DNA of 63,308 nt, the filler included, from Sphingomonadaceae bacterium (GTDB lineage Bacteria > Chloroflexota > UBA6077): NCBI GenBank assembly GCA_050261575.1. It is 4 parts of 4 records of this genome, joined end to end, with 100 filler letters (N's around TTAATTAATTAA, not from the genome) between each part and the next. Parts side by side here need not be neighbours in the genome. Positions count along the whole stretch, not along the records: positions 50,407 to 63,308 come from JBLNDL010000051.1; 3 more parts are not named here. The stretch is one strand, 5' to 3'. The position numbers and the translations under genes were made by a program. Shown here piece after piece: positions 53,754 through 63,265 of the stretch. Below the pieces are notes generated by a model. The model ran no database searches. It was not told the DNA's origin and saw nothing but the letters and a program-made list of their open reading frames with translations. Position 1 is the first letter of the stretch, and each line of letters begins with the position of its first letter.

Positions 53754-56224
53754 TGCTGCGGGCTGCAGCCGTTCTCTTCCTGGCGGCCGCCGCGCCATTT
53801 GCCCGCCAACTGCTCGCTGGCGCCGGCATCCTCGACGAGGACGTGTTCACGCAGAGCCTGCCCGCCTGGGAATGGCTCTCGAGGACCCTCCGATCGGGTG
53901 ACAGCTTTCTGTGGGCGCCCGAAGTCATGGGCGGGTTCCCCATCGCCTTCACCCAGTATCCCTTCCTCTACCCACCCGACCTGCTCCTGGCTCGCCTCCT
54001 GCCGGGCGCTCACGCCTACGCTTGGTCCATCGTCCTCCACATGGCGCTCGCAGGAAGCCTGACGTTCGCGTACTGCCGGTTCGTCGGCCTCGGCACCGGA
54101 CCGGCGCTCCTCGCGGCCTTGTCTTACCAACTGAGCAGTGAGGTGGTCGCCGGAAGCAGCGGCTTCGCGGCAAGAAGTGCGTTCGTTCTGCCCGGCATCC
54201 TGCTGGCCGTGGAGTCTACGCTGACGCGAGGTGCGGCATCCGCACCCTGGGTGACGCCGGTAGTCGCGGCCGCGCTGCTCGGCGGGCACCCCCAACTGGT
54301 CCTGATGGGCCTGCTGGCTGGTGCCATCTACGCCCCGGCCCGCATCCTGAGTCTGGCCCCATCGAGGGGCTACAGATGGGCCGCCTACATCGCGCTGATG
54401 CTCGCCCTGGCCGCATCCCTCGGCGCTGCCGGGGCCGCCGCACGCCTGTTACCCACCTGGGAGGTCGTGTCGCTATCCACGAGGGCCGGAAGCCTTCCAG
54501 ACAGCGCCGCGGCCAGTGGAGCCCTGTCTGTACAGGGACTCCTCGTCGGCTACCTTCTCCCTCTCTCCCGGCTGCAGGACACTCCGTGGGGGGCTCCGGG
54601 CTACGCGGGCCCGGCCGTCCTCATCCTTGCAGGTTTGAGCGTCAGATACCTGGTCTCCCACCCCCTGGGGCGCGTCTTCGTGGGGCTGGGCACCCTGACG
54701 GCCCTCCTCTCTCTGGGCGATGCCACTCCCCTCCACGCCATCACCAGGCTGCCTTTCCTGTCGCTCTTTCGAGAGCCGTCGAGGTTCACCCTGGTCACCA
54801 CCTTCTGCTTGTCCGTGCTCGGCGGGATCGCCCTCAATGGACTCGTCCGGTACAAGAGCAACACGTGGTCCGCCGAAGGCGCCCTTCGGCGCATCCTCCC
54901 CATCGCGATCGCCACAGCCGCAGCCACCGCTGGGCTCTTCCTCCTTGGCCTTCTGTTCCAGTTCGGGACGGGAGCATCCGTGGAGAGCATGCGGATCTGG
55001 GTTCAGTCACACTCCCTGGATGCCCTCAACCCACTGCGACCTAGAATGGCACTTGCCCTCTCTGGAGTGCCAGCCGTGGTGCTCCTGCTGGCGCTTTCGG
55101 CAGCCGGGCGCATCTCTGCGCGACAGTTGCAGTCATCGCTCATCCTCGTTTCTGCAGCGGTGCTGATTCCGGTGGCGGCCATTCTGAACCCGCCCATCGA
55201 GGTTAGCGTGATTGGCCGGATACCAGACACTGTTGGCATCTTGGAGGAGCGTGCCGAGGGGTATCGGGTATTCGGACACCGCACGGGAACCCGGATCTAC
55301 AACCACACCCACTTCTTCGGCCCGTCGCGCGAAGAGGGGTTCACCGATGACCTGCGTTACAGATACGCGGCGGAGATGATGGCCCCGATACTGAATCTCC
55401 GCTGGGGCCTCGACTCGCCCGACGGATACGAGCAACTCCACTCGCGATACCAGGAAGCTCTCCTCAAGTACATCGACAGCGAGCAGGCTTCCTACTGGTA
55501 CCCCATGTCCGGACGATGGGGTCACCTCTCCATGGAGGAGAGGCTGCGAGTGCTCTCGATGCTGAACGTCAAGTACATCCTGAGTGGCACCGAGCTGGCT
55601 TCAGAAGCGCCATCTCTGGTTCCGATCACCAGGATAGAGGTCCCGCCTGGCCCCAACAGTCGTGCCCCGATGCAGGTCCACGTATTGGAGAACCCGAACC
55701 CCTTCCCTCGATACTACCTGGTCTCGGCTGCGGCTACCTACGGCTCCGATACGGAGGCTCTGGAAGCAGTCGCGTTGGGCGAGGTGGACCCTAGACGAAC
55801 GGTGATACTCGGACCCGACACCGGGGCTGTCCCTGACGCTGCGAAGACGGAGCAACAACCGGACTCCAGACAGACGGCCGAGGGCACAGTTCGACTCCTC
55901 TCCAAGCGAAACACCGAGGTGACCGTGGCTGTGTCCACCGACGAGCCCGCGTTCCTGGTCACCAGCGATGCCTACTGGCCGGGATGGAGAGCCTTCGTCG
56001 ATGGCCACGAGACGCCGGTCATGCGGGCGAACGTCGGGGGAAGGGCCATCCGGCTCGAGGCAGGTACCCACCTGGTCACCTTCCATTTCCAGCCTCCTCT
56101 GTTCACGTTCGGCCTCGTGGTCTCCGTCACGGCGATCATCGCGTGGTGCGCGTGGCTTGGTCTCTCCCGTCTTTCCCGCCGCTCCGCCTTGAAAGCCGCC
56201 TCTCCATCTGCTAGGATGCGCTAG
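53750..56224 (+). CDS. YfhO-family (GT-C-like) membrane protein
   Basis: 824 aa; DEDVFTQSLP, LWAPEVMGGFP, LYPP, GGHPQ, FREPSRF, LNVKY, FLVTSDAYWPGWRAFVDG, RANVGGRAI; overlaps the upstream stop. Confidence 0.88.
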   Translation: MMLRAAAVLFLAAAAPFARQLLAGAGILDEDVFTQSLPAWEWLSRTLRSGDSFLWAPEVMGGFPIAFTQYPFLYPPDLLLARLLPGAHAYAWSIVLHMALAGSLTFAYCRFVGLGTGPALLAALSYQLSSEVVAGSSGFAARSAFVLPGILLAVESTLTRGAASAPWVTPVVAAALLGGHPQLVLMGLLAGAIYAPARILSLAPSRGYRWAAYIALMLALAASLGAAGAAARLLPTWEVVSLSTRAGSLPDSAAASGALSVQGLLVGYLLPLSRLQDTPWGAPGYAGPAVLILAGLSVRYLVSHPLGRVFVGLGTLTALLSLGDATPLHAITRLPFLSLFREPSRFTLVTTFCLSVLGGIALNGLVRYKSNTWSAEGALRRILPIAIATAAATAGLFLLGLLFQFGTGASVESMRIWVQSHSLDALNPLRPRMALALSGVPAVVLLLALSAAGRISARQLQSSLILVSAAVLIPVAAILNPPIEVSVIGRIPDTVGILEERAEGYRVFGHRTGTRIYNHTHFFGPSREEGFTDDLRYRYAAEMMAPILNLRWGLDSPDGYEQLHSRYQEALLKYIDSEQASYWYPMSGRWGHLSMEERLRVLSMLNVKYILSGTELASEAPSLVPITRIEVPPGPNSRAPMQVHVLENPNPFPRYYLVSAAATYGSDTEALEAVALGEVDPRRTVILGPDTGAVPDAAKTEQQPDSRQTAEGTVRLLSKRNTEVTVAVSTDEPAFLVTSDAYWPGWRAFVDGHETPVMRANVGGRAIRLEAGTHLVTFHFQPPLFTFGLVVSVTAIIAWCAWLGLSRLSRRSALKAASPSARMR
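56189..56217 (+). promoter_or_regulatory. Putative internal promoter TTGAAA-N17-TAGGAT with TG extension
   Basis: Sits in the last codons of the YfhO gene, upstream of the methyltransferase-PBP-surE run. Confidence 0.5.
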
Positions 56225-56284
56225 TCTGCTGGTGCTTTGCCTTTCCTATCCAGCTTTCAATCAGATTCGCTACGGACTCCTCTC

Positions 56285-57010
56285 TTGAGTGAAGATAAGG
56301 CTATCACCCTGGGGCATCCAAGCTACGTCTGGCGGCGAGGTCAGGACCGCCGCCTGGATCTGATCCGCAAGTACGTCCCGCTGGATAACCAACGCATCCT
56401 GGATATCGGCTGCGGTCTGGGGATGTACGTGGAGAAGTTCCGCCGCTTCAGCGACCAGGTCTACGGAGTGGACATCGACCAGGAAAAGGTCGAGCAGGCG
56501 CGGAGGCGACTCCCCAACATCTCGCTGGCCCCAGCCGAGGACCTGCCCTTCAAGGATCGGAGTTTCGACGTGACCCTCCTCCACGAGGTGATCGAACACG
56601 TCGTCGACGACCGAAGGGCAATCGCTGAGGCCGTCCGATGCACCGATGTGGGTGGCTGCGTGATCATCTACGCCCCTAACAGGTTGTACCCTATGGAGAC
56701 CCACGGCTTCTACTTCCGTGGGCGATACCACTTCCGGCTCCTGCCGTTCGTCAACTACTTGCCAGATCCACTGCGCGACCACTTCTGCCCGCACGTCCGG
56801 GTATACACCGCCCGGGACATCAGGCGACTCTTCGATGGCCTCCCCGTTAGCTTCGTCGTCTTTACCCACATCTATCCTGGGTTCGACAACGTTGCCGCGC
56901 GCCGGCCGGTGCTGGGGGGCCTCCTTCAGCGTGCCGCGGACCTGCTGGAGCGCACGCCGCTCAGAGCCCTGGGCATCTCTCACTTCGTTGTCGCGCGGCG
57001 CACGGCTTGA
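56285..57010 (+). CDS. Class I SAM-dependent methyltransferase
   Basis: ILDIGCGLG, VYGVDID, AEDLPFKDRSFDV, EVIEHV. Start uncertain (56237 or 56285). Confidence 0.88.
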   Translation: MSEDKAITLGHPSYVWRRGQDRRLDLIRKYVPLDNQRILDIGCGLGMYVEKFRRFSDQVYGVDIDQEKVEQARRRLPNISLAPAEDLPFKDRSFDVTLLHEVIEHVVDDRRAIAEAVRCTDVGGCVIIYAPNRLYPMETHGFYFRGRYHFRLLPFVNYLPDPLRDHFCPHVRVYTARDIRRLFDGLPVSFVVFTHIYPGFDNVAARRPVLGGLLQRAADLLERTPLRALGISHFVVARRTA

Positions 57011-57037
57011 GAGCCGCAGAGAAACGTTGGTGACAGA

Positions 57038-59965
57038 GTGAGTGTGACTGCGCGACGCCGCAGGCGTCCATCCAGGTCCTCGCACGGCGGATCGACGATC
57101 CGAACGGCAATCCTCGTGCTTTTCGCCCTCGGGGCCTTGATGCTCATCACTGGAGGGCTGGCGGTTGCTGGTGCGTACGTCTACTACACCCAGGACCTGC
57201 CCTCCCCCGACCGGTTGCAGAGCCGCCAGATCTTCCGCTCCACGAAGATACTCGACCGGAAGGATCGGTTGCTCTACGAGATGTTCGATCCCCAGGCGGG
57301 CAAGAGGACTAGCGTCAAGCTCTCGGAGATCTCTCCCCATCTGATCGACGCCACCATCGCCATCGAGGATGCCAGCTTCTACGACAACCCTGGTATCAGC
57401 GTCCGCGGCACCCTGAGAGCGGTATGGGCCAATCTGCGCGGAGAGGAGATCCAGGGCGGAAGCACCATCACCCAGCAACTGATCAAGCGGGTGCTGCTGA
57501 CCCCCGAGGTCAGCATCGAGCGGAAGATCCAGGAGTGGATCCTCGCCTACAGGGTGAGCCAGCTCTACACCAAGGATCAGATCCTCGAGTGGTACCTCAA
57601 CGAGATCTACTACGGCAACATGGCCTACGGCATCGAGGCGGCTGCCGAATCGTACTTCGGCAAGTCGGCCAAGGATCTCGACCTGGCCGAGGCCAGCATG
57701 CTGGCCGGCATCCCCCAGTCCCCCGCGCTACTGTCGCCGCTCGTCGATCCTGCCGCCGCCAAACGGCGACAGCGGATGGTGCTGGATGCCATGGTCCGAC
57801 AGGGGTACATCACCGAAGAGCAGGCACAGGCAGCCTTCGAGAAGCCCCTCGAGTACCAACCGATGCAGTACGGCATCGAGGCCCCACACTTCGTCATGTA
57901 CGTCCGAGACCTGCTGGAGCGGAAGTATGGTCCCCAGGTGCTCTACTCCCAGGGACTCACCGTCCGCACGACCATCGACCTCGACATGCAGCGAGCAGCC
58001 GAACGGATCGCCCGCAGCCAGGTGGAGAAGCTAGCCAAGGACAACATCCACAACGCATCGGTGGTCGCCATCAGGCCCAGTACCGGCGAGATCCTCACCA
58101 TGCTGGGCAGTGTGGACTACTTCAATCGCTCCATCAGCGGCCAGGTGAACATCGCCATCTCGGAGCGCCAGCCGGGCTCCACGTTCAAGCCCATTACCTA
58201 CGCAGGCGCCTTCATCAAAGGGTGGAGCCCAGGCACGGTCATCCTGGACAACTACACCGTCTTTCGCGATCGTGCCGGTCGGCCCTACACACCTAAGAAC
58301 GTCGACAAGAAGTGGCACGGCCCGGTCACGGTCCGCAACGCCCTCGCCACCTCCATGAACGTTCCCGCGGTAAAAGCGCTGGAGTACGTCGGGGTCAAGA
58401 ACGCCATCAACCTCGCCCACCAGATGGGGATAACGTCCCTCGATCCCGAGGGCCCGTACGATCTCAGCGTCACCCTGGGTGGCGGTGAGGTGAAACTGCT
58501 CGACCTCGTGTACGCCTACAGCGTCTTCGCAAACAACGGGGTGATGTTCGGCCAGCCCGTGCCTAAGGAATCCCAGAGGCCCGGCTACAGGACGTTGGAG
58601 CCCGTGGCCATCCTCAAGGTGGAGGACAGCTCGGGAAGGATCCTGGAGGAGTACACCGGGCCCCAGAGGGCGGAGGTATTGAAGCCCCAGATCGCCTACC
58701 TCATCACCAGCATCCTCTCCGACAACGCCGCCCGAACGCCGCTCTTCGGCCCGAACGGGCCCTTGAAGCTAAGCCGTCCGGCGGCAGCCAAGACCGGTAC
58801 CACCGACGACAACCGCGACCTGTGGACCGTCGGCTACACCCCAGATCTGGTCACGGGGGTCTGGGTCGGCAACAGCGACAACGCGGAGATCGCACCCGTT
58901 CTATCCAGCCTAACCGCTGCGCCCATCTGGCACGACTTCATGGAGGAGGTGCTGGCGGGCACCCCTCCCAAGGACTTCGAGCAACCCGGGGGGCTGGAGC
59001 GGGCCGAGATCTGCCCCCTCGACGGCCTCAAACCCAACAAGTACTGTCCCACCAAGATCGTCGAGATCTTCGTGAAAGGCACCGTTCCCAAGAAGGAATG
59101 TGATATCCATCGGCAGGTTGTGATCGACAAGACGACCGGGAAGCTGGCCGGCCCGTCCACGCCACCTGAGAATCGGGAAGAGAAGGTGGTGGAGGTCTAC
59201 CCCCCAGAGTGGGCAGCCTGGGCAAAGGAGGCCGGGAAGCCCGAACCGCCGCAGCCTGCCGAGGAGCAGCCCGACAGCCAACGGCCTCAGCCCATCGCCA
59301 CCAGGGACGACAACAGCGTTCTGGTGCTCGACAACCCCACGACGGGTGCCGCGGTCCGAGGCATCACTGAGATCCGCGGAACCGCCGCTGGCAAGGCTTT
59401 TGCCTCCTTCCGCGTAGAGTACGGCGAAGGATCGAACCCGACGGCCTGGAAGCCGATCGGCTCCGTCCACACGTCGCCGGTGGAGAACGGTGTGCTCGAG
59501 AGATGGGACACCAAGTCCCTCAACGGGCTGTACAAGCTGCGCATCACCCTTGTCGGTCGGCCCGTGCCTGTGCCCTCGCCTACGCCGGCGCCCTCGCAAC
59601 TCGGGGCCACTCTGCAACCGACGCCTCTCCCCGGCCAAGCGCCCACTCCGGCTCCGAAGGTGATCGAGGTGCCGGTGATCGTCGATAACCAAGCGCCCAC
59701 CGTCAGTGTCACCTTCCCGCAGGAGAACGCCACCATAAAGAAGGAGCAGATGGAGAGGATCTCGTTATCCGCCCAGGTCTCGGATAACCACCGGATAGCC
59801 AAGACCGACTTCTACATCGACGATCGCCTGGTGGGCAGCAGCACCGCCAACCCGGCAACGCTGCAGTGGCCGAGCGTGGCAGGTCAGCACACTCTGAGGG
59901 TGGTCGTGAGAGACGTCGCAGGCAACGAGACCAAGAGTCGAGACGTGAAGTTCCGAGTCCAATGA
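57038..59965 (+). CDS. Class A penicillin-binding protein (transglycosylase/transpeptidase) with C-terminal Ig-like domains
   Basis: One TM helix; EDASFY, QGGSTITQQL, RKIQE, KDQILEWYLN; SxxK (STFK), SxN (SMN), KTG; beta-rich tail with Pro-rich linkers. Confidence 0.95.
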   Translation: MSVTARRRRRPSRSSHGGSTIRTAILVLFALGALMLITGGLAVAGAYVYYTQDLPSPDRLQSRQIFRSTKILDRKDRLLYEMFDPQAGKRTSVKLSEISPHLIDATIAIEDASFYDNPGISVRGTLRAVWANLRGEEIQGGSTITQQLIKRVLLTPEVSIERKIQEWILAYRVSQLYTKDQILEWYLNEIYYGNMAYGIEAAAESYFGKSAKDLDLAEASMLAGIPQSPALLSPLVDPAAAKRRQRMVLDAMVRQGYITEEQAQAAFEKPLEYQPMQYGIEAPHFVMYVRDLLERKYGPQVLYSQGLTVRTTIDLDMQRAAERIARSQVEKLAKDNIHNASVVAIRPSTGEILTMLGSVDYFNRSISGQVNIAISERQPGSTFKPITYAGAFIKGWSPGTVILDNYTVFRDRAGRPYTPKNVDKKWHGPVTVRNALATSMNVPAVKALEYVGVKNAINLAHQMGITSLDPEGPYDLSVTLGGGEVKLLDLVYAYSVFANNGVMFGQPVPKESQRPGYRTLEPVAILKVEDSSGRILEEYTGPQRAEVLKPQIAYLITSILSDNAARTPLFGPNGPLKLSRPAAAKTGTTDDNRDLWTVGYTPDLVTGVWVGNSDNAEIAPVLSSLTAAPIWHDFMEEVLAGTPPKDFEQPGGLERAEICPLDGLKPNKYCPTKIVEIFVKGTVPKKECDIHRQVVIDKTTGKLAGPSTPPENREEKVVEVYPPEWAAWAKEAGKPEPPQPAEEQPDSQRPQPIATRDDNSVLVLDNPTTGAAVRGITEIRGTAAGKAFASFRVEYGEGSNPTAWKPIGSVHTSPVENGVLERWDTKSLNGLYKLRITLVGRPVPVPSPTPAPSQLGATLQPTPLPGQAPTPAPKVIEVPVIVDNQAPTVSVTFPQENATIKKEQMERISLSAQVSDNHRIAKTDFYIDDRLVGSSTANPATLQWPSVAGQHTLRVVVRDVAGNETKSRDVKFRVQ

Positions 59966-60720
59966 GAATTCTGATCACCAACGACGACGGGATCGACTCT
60001 GAAGGGCTACTGGCCCTGAGAAGGGCCCTCACCGTGGTGGGAGACACGGTGGTCATCGCGCCCAACCGCAACTGGAGCGCCGCGGGCCACACCAAGACCA
60101 TGCACAAGCCCCTCCGTGTCACTCGAGTCCAAGTGCCTGTGGGAGACGAGTCCTACGCCTGCGACGGCACTCCCTCGGACTGTGTGGCAATGGGCATGCT
60201 CGGCTTCGCCGGAGCCAGGCCCGACCTCGTGGTTTCGGGGATCAACAAAGGGGCGAACCTGGGAGGAGACATCACCTACTCGGGAACCGTGGCCGCCGCT
60301 ATGGAGAGTGTGATCAACGGAGTGCCGGCAATCGCGGTCTCCGTGGCATCTTACCAGGAGTGGGACTTCGAGGCCGCCGCCGCCTTCGCCGCCCGACTCG
60401 CGGCGAAGGTCCTCGAAAAGGGGCTTCCGCCCGACGTGCTACTCAACGTCAACGTTCCCAGCGTTCCCCGAGAGCAGATCAGAGGCGTCCTGGTGACCCG
60501 CCTCGGCAAGCGAATCTACCGAGACAAGCTGATCGAGCGGCAGGATCCCTTTGGCCGCAGCTACTACTGGATCGGCGGGGACGAGCCATCCGGCCACGCT
60601 GAAGAGGGCACCGACATCTGGGCGATAGCCAACAGCTTCGTCTCCGTTACCCCCATCCAGATGGATCTGACCAACTTCGACTTGATAGACCAGTTGAAGG
60701 AGTGGCAACTCTCCCTGTAA
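59962..60720 (+). CDS. surE: 5'/3'-nucleotidase SurE
   Basis: MRILITNDDGI, DGTPSDCV, SGINKGANLG, YSGTVAAAME, LNVNVP, VSVTPI; ATGA overlap with the PBP stop. Confidence 0.96.
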   Translation: MRILITNDDGIDSEGLLALRRALTVVGDTVVIAPNRNWSAAGHTKTMHKPLRVTRVQVPVGDESYACDGTPSDCVAMGMLGFAGARPDLVVSGINKGANLGGDITYSGTVAAAMESVINGVPAIAVSVASYQEWDFEAAAAFAARLAAKVLEKGLPPDVLLNVNVPSVPREQIRGVLVTRLGKRIYRDKLIERQDPFGRSYYWIGGDEPSGHAEEGTDIWAIANSFVSVTPIQMDLTNFDLIDQLKEWQLSL

Positions 60721-60789
60721 GATGCCTTGTCGGCCCGCGCTGGCGCGGATCAGGGCCTTCACTCAGCTACTAGCGGGAGCAGCAACACC

Positions 60790-61062
60790 ATGCCAGAGAT
60801 GGACGAGGAAGAACTCTACGACTACGAGATCAAGCGCGATGGTCCCTTCGCGGAGGGCGAGGAGTTCTTCAAGATAAGCCAGAAGCGCCTAGAGGAGATC
60901 TCTCGATACGCCAAGCTGTCCGTCGAGAGAACCAGGAGGATCTGCACCTACCCCTGGCCAGATGCCAAGATCCACCAGCGATGGCTGGACGAGGCCTCTG
61001 CCGAGGAGATCGGCCACTGGGTGAGCTTCATCGACAAGCTCGAGGCCTCGGAGCAGCAGTAG
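60790..61062 (+). CDS. Hypothetical acidic protein (90 aa)
   Basis: GGGAG upstream of ATG 60790; host-like codon usage; no recognised motif. Confidence 0.7.
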   Translation: MPEMDEEELYDYEIKRDGPFAEGEEFFKISQKRLEEISRYAKLSVERTRRICTYPWPDAKIHQRWLDEASAEEIGHWVSFIDKLEASEQQ

Positions 61063-61239
61063 CGCCTCCCGCACTTGCGCCGCGCGCTCCAACTTGGTAA
61101 AGTTGCGCCTGCAACAGGCCTGCTTTCCGCGGGCCATACTGTTGTCTGCCGTCGCTCGAGTGTGGCAAGACAGGCACGTTCACCCAGGCACTCGGCTGCC
61201 CTCGTTTGGGAAGGCAGTATTCTCACGAAGGAGGTGTGG

Positions 61240-61332
61240 ATGAGTTCGGTCGTCAAGAAGCGCAGAAAGAAGATCACCAAGCACAAGCTTAAGAAGCGGT
61301 TGAAGAGAGAACGCTTCAAGCGCAACCGCTAG
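61240..61332 (+). CDS. 30-aa basic protein of the bS22 / AURKAIP1-COX24 (mS38) family
   Basis: MSSVVKKRRKKITKHKLKKRLKRERFKRNR with a strong AAGGAGGTG Shine-Dalgarno. Confidence 0.85.
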   Translation: MSSVVKKRRKKITKHKLKKRLKRERFKRNR

Positions 61333-61369
61333 AGAATACCAGCTATCTCGACGTTTGGCGGGCCTGTAG

Positions 61370-61762
61370 ATGGACAAGGAAGACTGTATACAGGTACTCC
61401 TTTCCACGCTCCAGAAGCCTCAATGGAAGAGCGGCAACTCGGTTACCGACTGGGACCTGAAGTGTGTCCTCCAGAGGGCCGGCCTCCTGCTATCTCCCGA
61501 GCAGATGGCGGCCCTATTGGCCGATGTGAAGAGGCGCGGCCTCATCTCTGGCCGAGATCGTCGCGTCGACAGCAAGATCGTTGCGATGTGGGGCATAAGG
61601 GTCACTACAGCCGGGGAAGAGTGGCTGGCTCATCGAATGGCGGCCGGGATCCGTCTGCGTCACTCGGACAGCCCTCCGGCGGACGATTCTTGGGAATCGA
61701 GAGAGCCTGAATCCCCAACGTCCCCAGCGCTCCACGAGCCGGTGGAGGCAAGCCTCTCCTGA
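61370..61762 (+). CDS. Hypothetical protein, possible winged-helix domain
   Basis: 130 aa; L.D.KRRGLI...IRVTTAGEEWL resembles the wing/last-helix pattern of wHTH proteins; low-complexity tail. Confidence 0.55.
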   Translation: MDKEDCIQVLLSTLQKPQWKSGNSVTDWDLKCVLQRAGLLLSPEQMAALLADVKRRGLISGRDRRVDSKIVAMWGIRVTTAGEEWLAHRMAAGIRLRHSDSPPADDSWESREPESPTSPALHEPVEASLS

Positions 61763-61817
61763 GCGGGTATCTCTATTCGTGGCAAGTGTCCTGCCACGAA
61801 TAGAGATACCCGCTCAG
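61759..61817. repeat. Perfect 26-bp inverted repeat with 7-nt loop
   Basis: CTGAGCGGGTATCTCTATTCGTGGCA-agtgtcc-TGCCACGAATAGAGATACCCGCTCAG. Confidence 0.9.
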
Positions 61818-61876
61818 AGCAAGCTTGACATGCGTCGGCATCAGAGACAAAATGGCCACGCATCTCAAGCTTGCTC
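61817..61876 (+). promoter_or_regulatory. Putative promoter TTGACA-N17-CAAAAT enclosed by an inverted repeat
   Basis: -35 at 61825-61830, -10 at 61848-61853; arms GAGCAAGCTTGAcATGCGT and ACGCATcTCAAGCTTGCTC. Confidence 0.55.
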
Positions 61877-61889
61877 AATGGGGGAAGCC

Positions 61890-63104
61890 ATGACAAAGGC
61901 GCTCACTGGCCTCCGCGTCCTCGACCTCACGGGAGCCCTCTCAGGACCCTACTGCACGCTGATCCTCGCGGACCTCGGTGCTGAGGTCATCAAGATCGAA
62001 CCTCCCGATGGGGACATCTTTCGCAACATAGGCCCCTACTACCAGGGCGAGTGGAGCGGCTACTTCGTGGCCGTGAACCGCAACAAGCGGGGTATCGTCC
62101 TCAACCTCAAGACCGATTCGGGTCGCGAGACATTCTACGATCTGGTCCGAGTCTCCGACGTCGTGCTGGACAACTTCCGGCCTGGCGTACGGGAGCGACT
62201 ACGCATCGACTACCCCACCATCAGCGCCATCAATCCCAGGATCATCACCTGCTCCATCTCCGGATACGGCTCCGAAGGAGCCTACAGCCATAGAGCTGCC
62301 TTCGATCTGTGCGTACAGGCGGCCGGCGGGATCTTGAGCCTCACCGGCCAGGAGGACGGATCGCTTGCCAAGGTGGGCACACCCATAGGCGATCTCGCTG
62401 CCGGCCAGTTCGCTGCCATCGGCATCCTGGCCGCACTGGCGGAGCGGAACACCAGCGGCCGCGGTCAACAGGTGGACATCTCCATGTTCGACTGCCAGGT
62501 CTCCCTCCTGGCCTACTGGGTTCCGTGGTACTTCCTCAGCGGAGTGGTCCCGAAGCCCCTCGGTACCGGCCACCTCGGCATGATTCCCCATGGCGCCTAC
62601 AAGACCAAGGACGGGCAGATCGCCATGGTGATCGGATCTCAGAAGTTCTGGAGGCAGCTCTGCGAGGTCCTGGGTGTCCCCGAGATGGCCGACGACCCGC
62701 GTTTCGCCACGGCCAAGCAGCGCCTGAACAACCGCGTCGAGTTGACCAGGATCCTCGAGGAGATCCTCTCCACCCGCACCACCGCGGAGTGGATGTCCCG
62801 TATGGAGGAAAAGGGCATTCCGGCTGCGCCGGTGAACACCCTCGACAAGGTGTTCCAGGAGCCCCCTATCCGAGAGCGCAACATGCTGGTCTCAACCCAC
62901 CAGCCACGAGGAGGGGAGGTCCACATGGCGGGCAACCCCATCAAGATGTCTCGCACCCCTGGGGAAGAATTCAGGCCCACCCCCGCCCTCGGGGAGCACA
63001 CCACCGAGGTGCTCACCAACCTGCTGGGCTACTCGAATGAGCGGGTGGAGCAATTGATTCGAGAGGGCGGCGCGCACCAGTTCGTGCCGCAGGGGGATAG
63101 CTGA
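61890..63104 (+). CDS. CaiB/BaiF family III CoA-transferase
   Basis: LTGLRVLDLT, GPYCT..LADLGAEVIKIEPPDGD, NRNKRGI, NFRPG, SISGYG, catalytic Asp in PIGDLAAG, PALGEHT; 404 aa. Confidence 0.93.
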   Translation: MTKALTGLRVLDLTGALSGPYCTLILADLGAEVIKIEPPDGDIFRNIGPYYQGEWSGYFVAVNRNKRGIVLNLKTDSGRETFYDLVRVSDVVLDNFRPGVRERLRIDYPTISAINPRIITCSISGYGSEGAYSHRAAFDLCVQAAGGILSLTGQEDGSLAKVGTPIGDLAAGQFAAIGILAALAERNTSGRGQQVDISMFDCQVSLLAYWVPWYFLSGVVPKPLGTGHLGMIPHGAYKTKDGQIAMVIGSQKFWRQLCEVLGVPEMADDPRFATAKQRLNNRVELTRILEEILSTRTTAEWMSRMEEKGIPAAPVNTLDKVFQEPPIRERNMLVSTHQPRGGEVHMAGNPIKMSRTPGEEFRPTPALGEHTTEVLTNLLGYSNERVEQLIREGGAHQFVPQGDS

Positions 63105-63227
63105 GCAGTCCGCGCCCTCGGCCTGTGCGCCCCGTTCTCAGCCCACCTAGCCGGAGGAGCTGGGGACAGGCGAACAGCGTAGCCACCCACAGCAGACCCG
63201 ACGGAGGGGGTAGCGGGGCCCCCCGCG

Positions 63228-63265
<38 letters not shown>

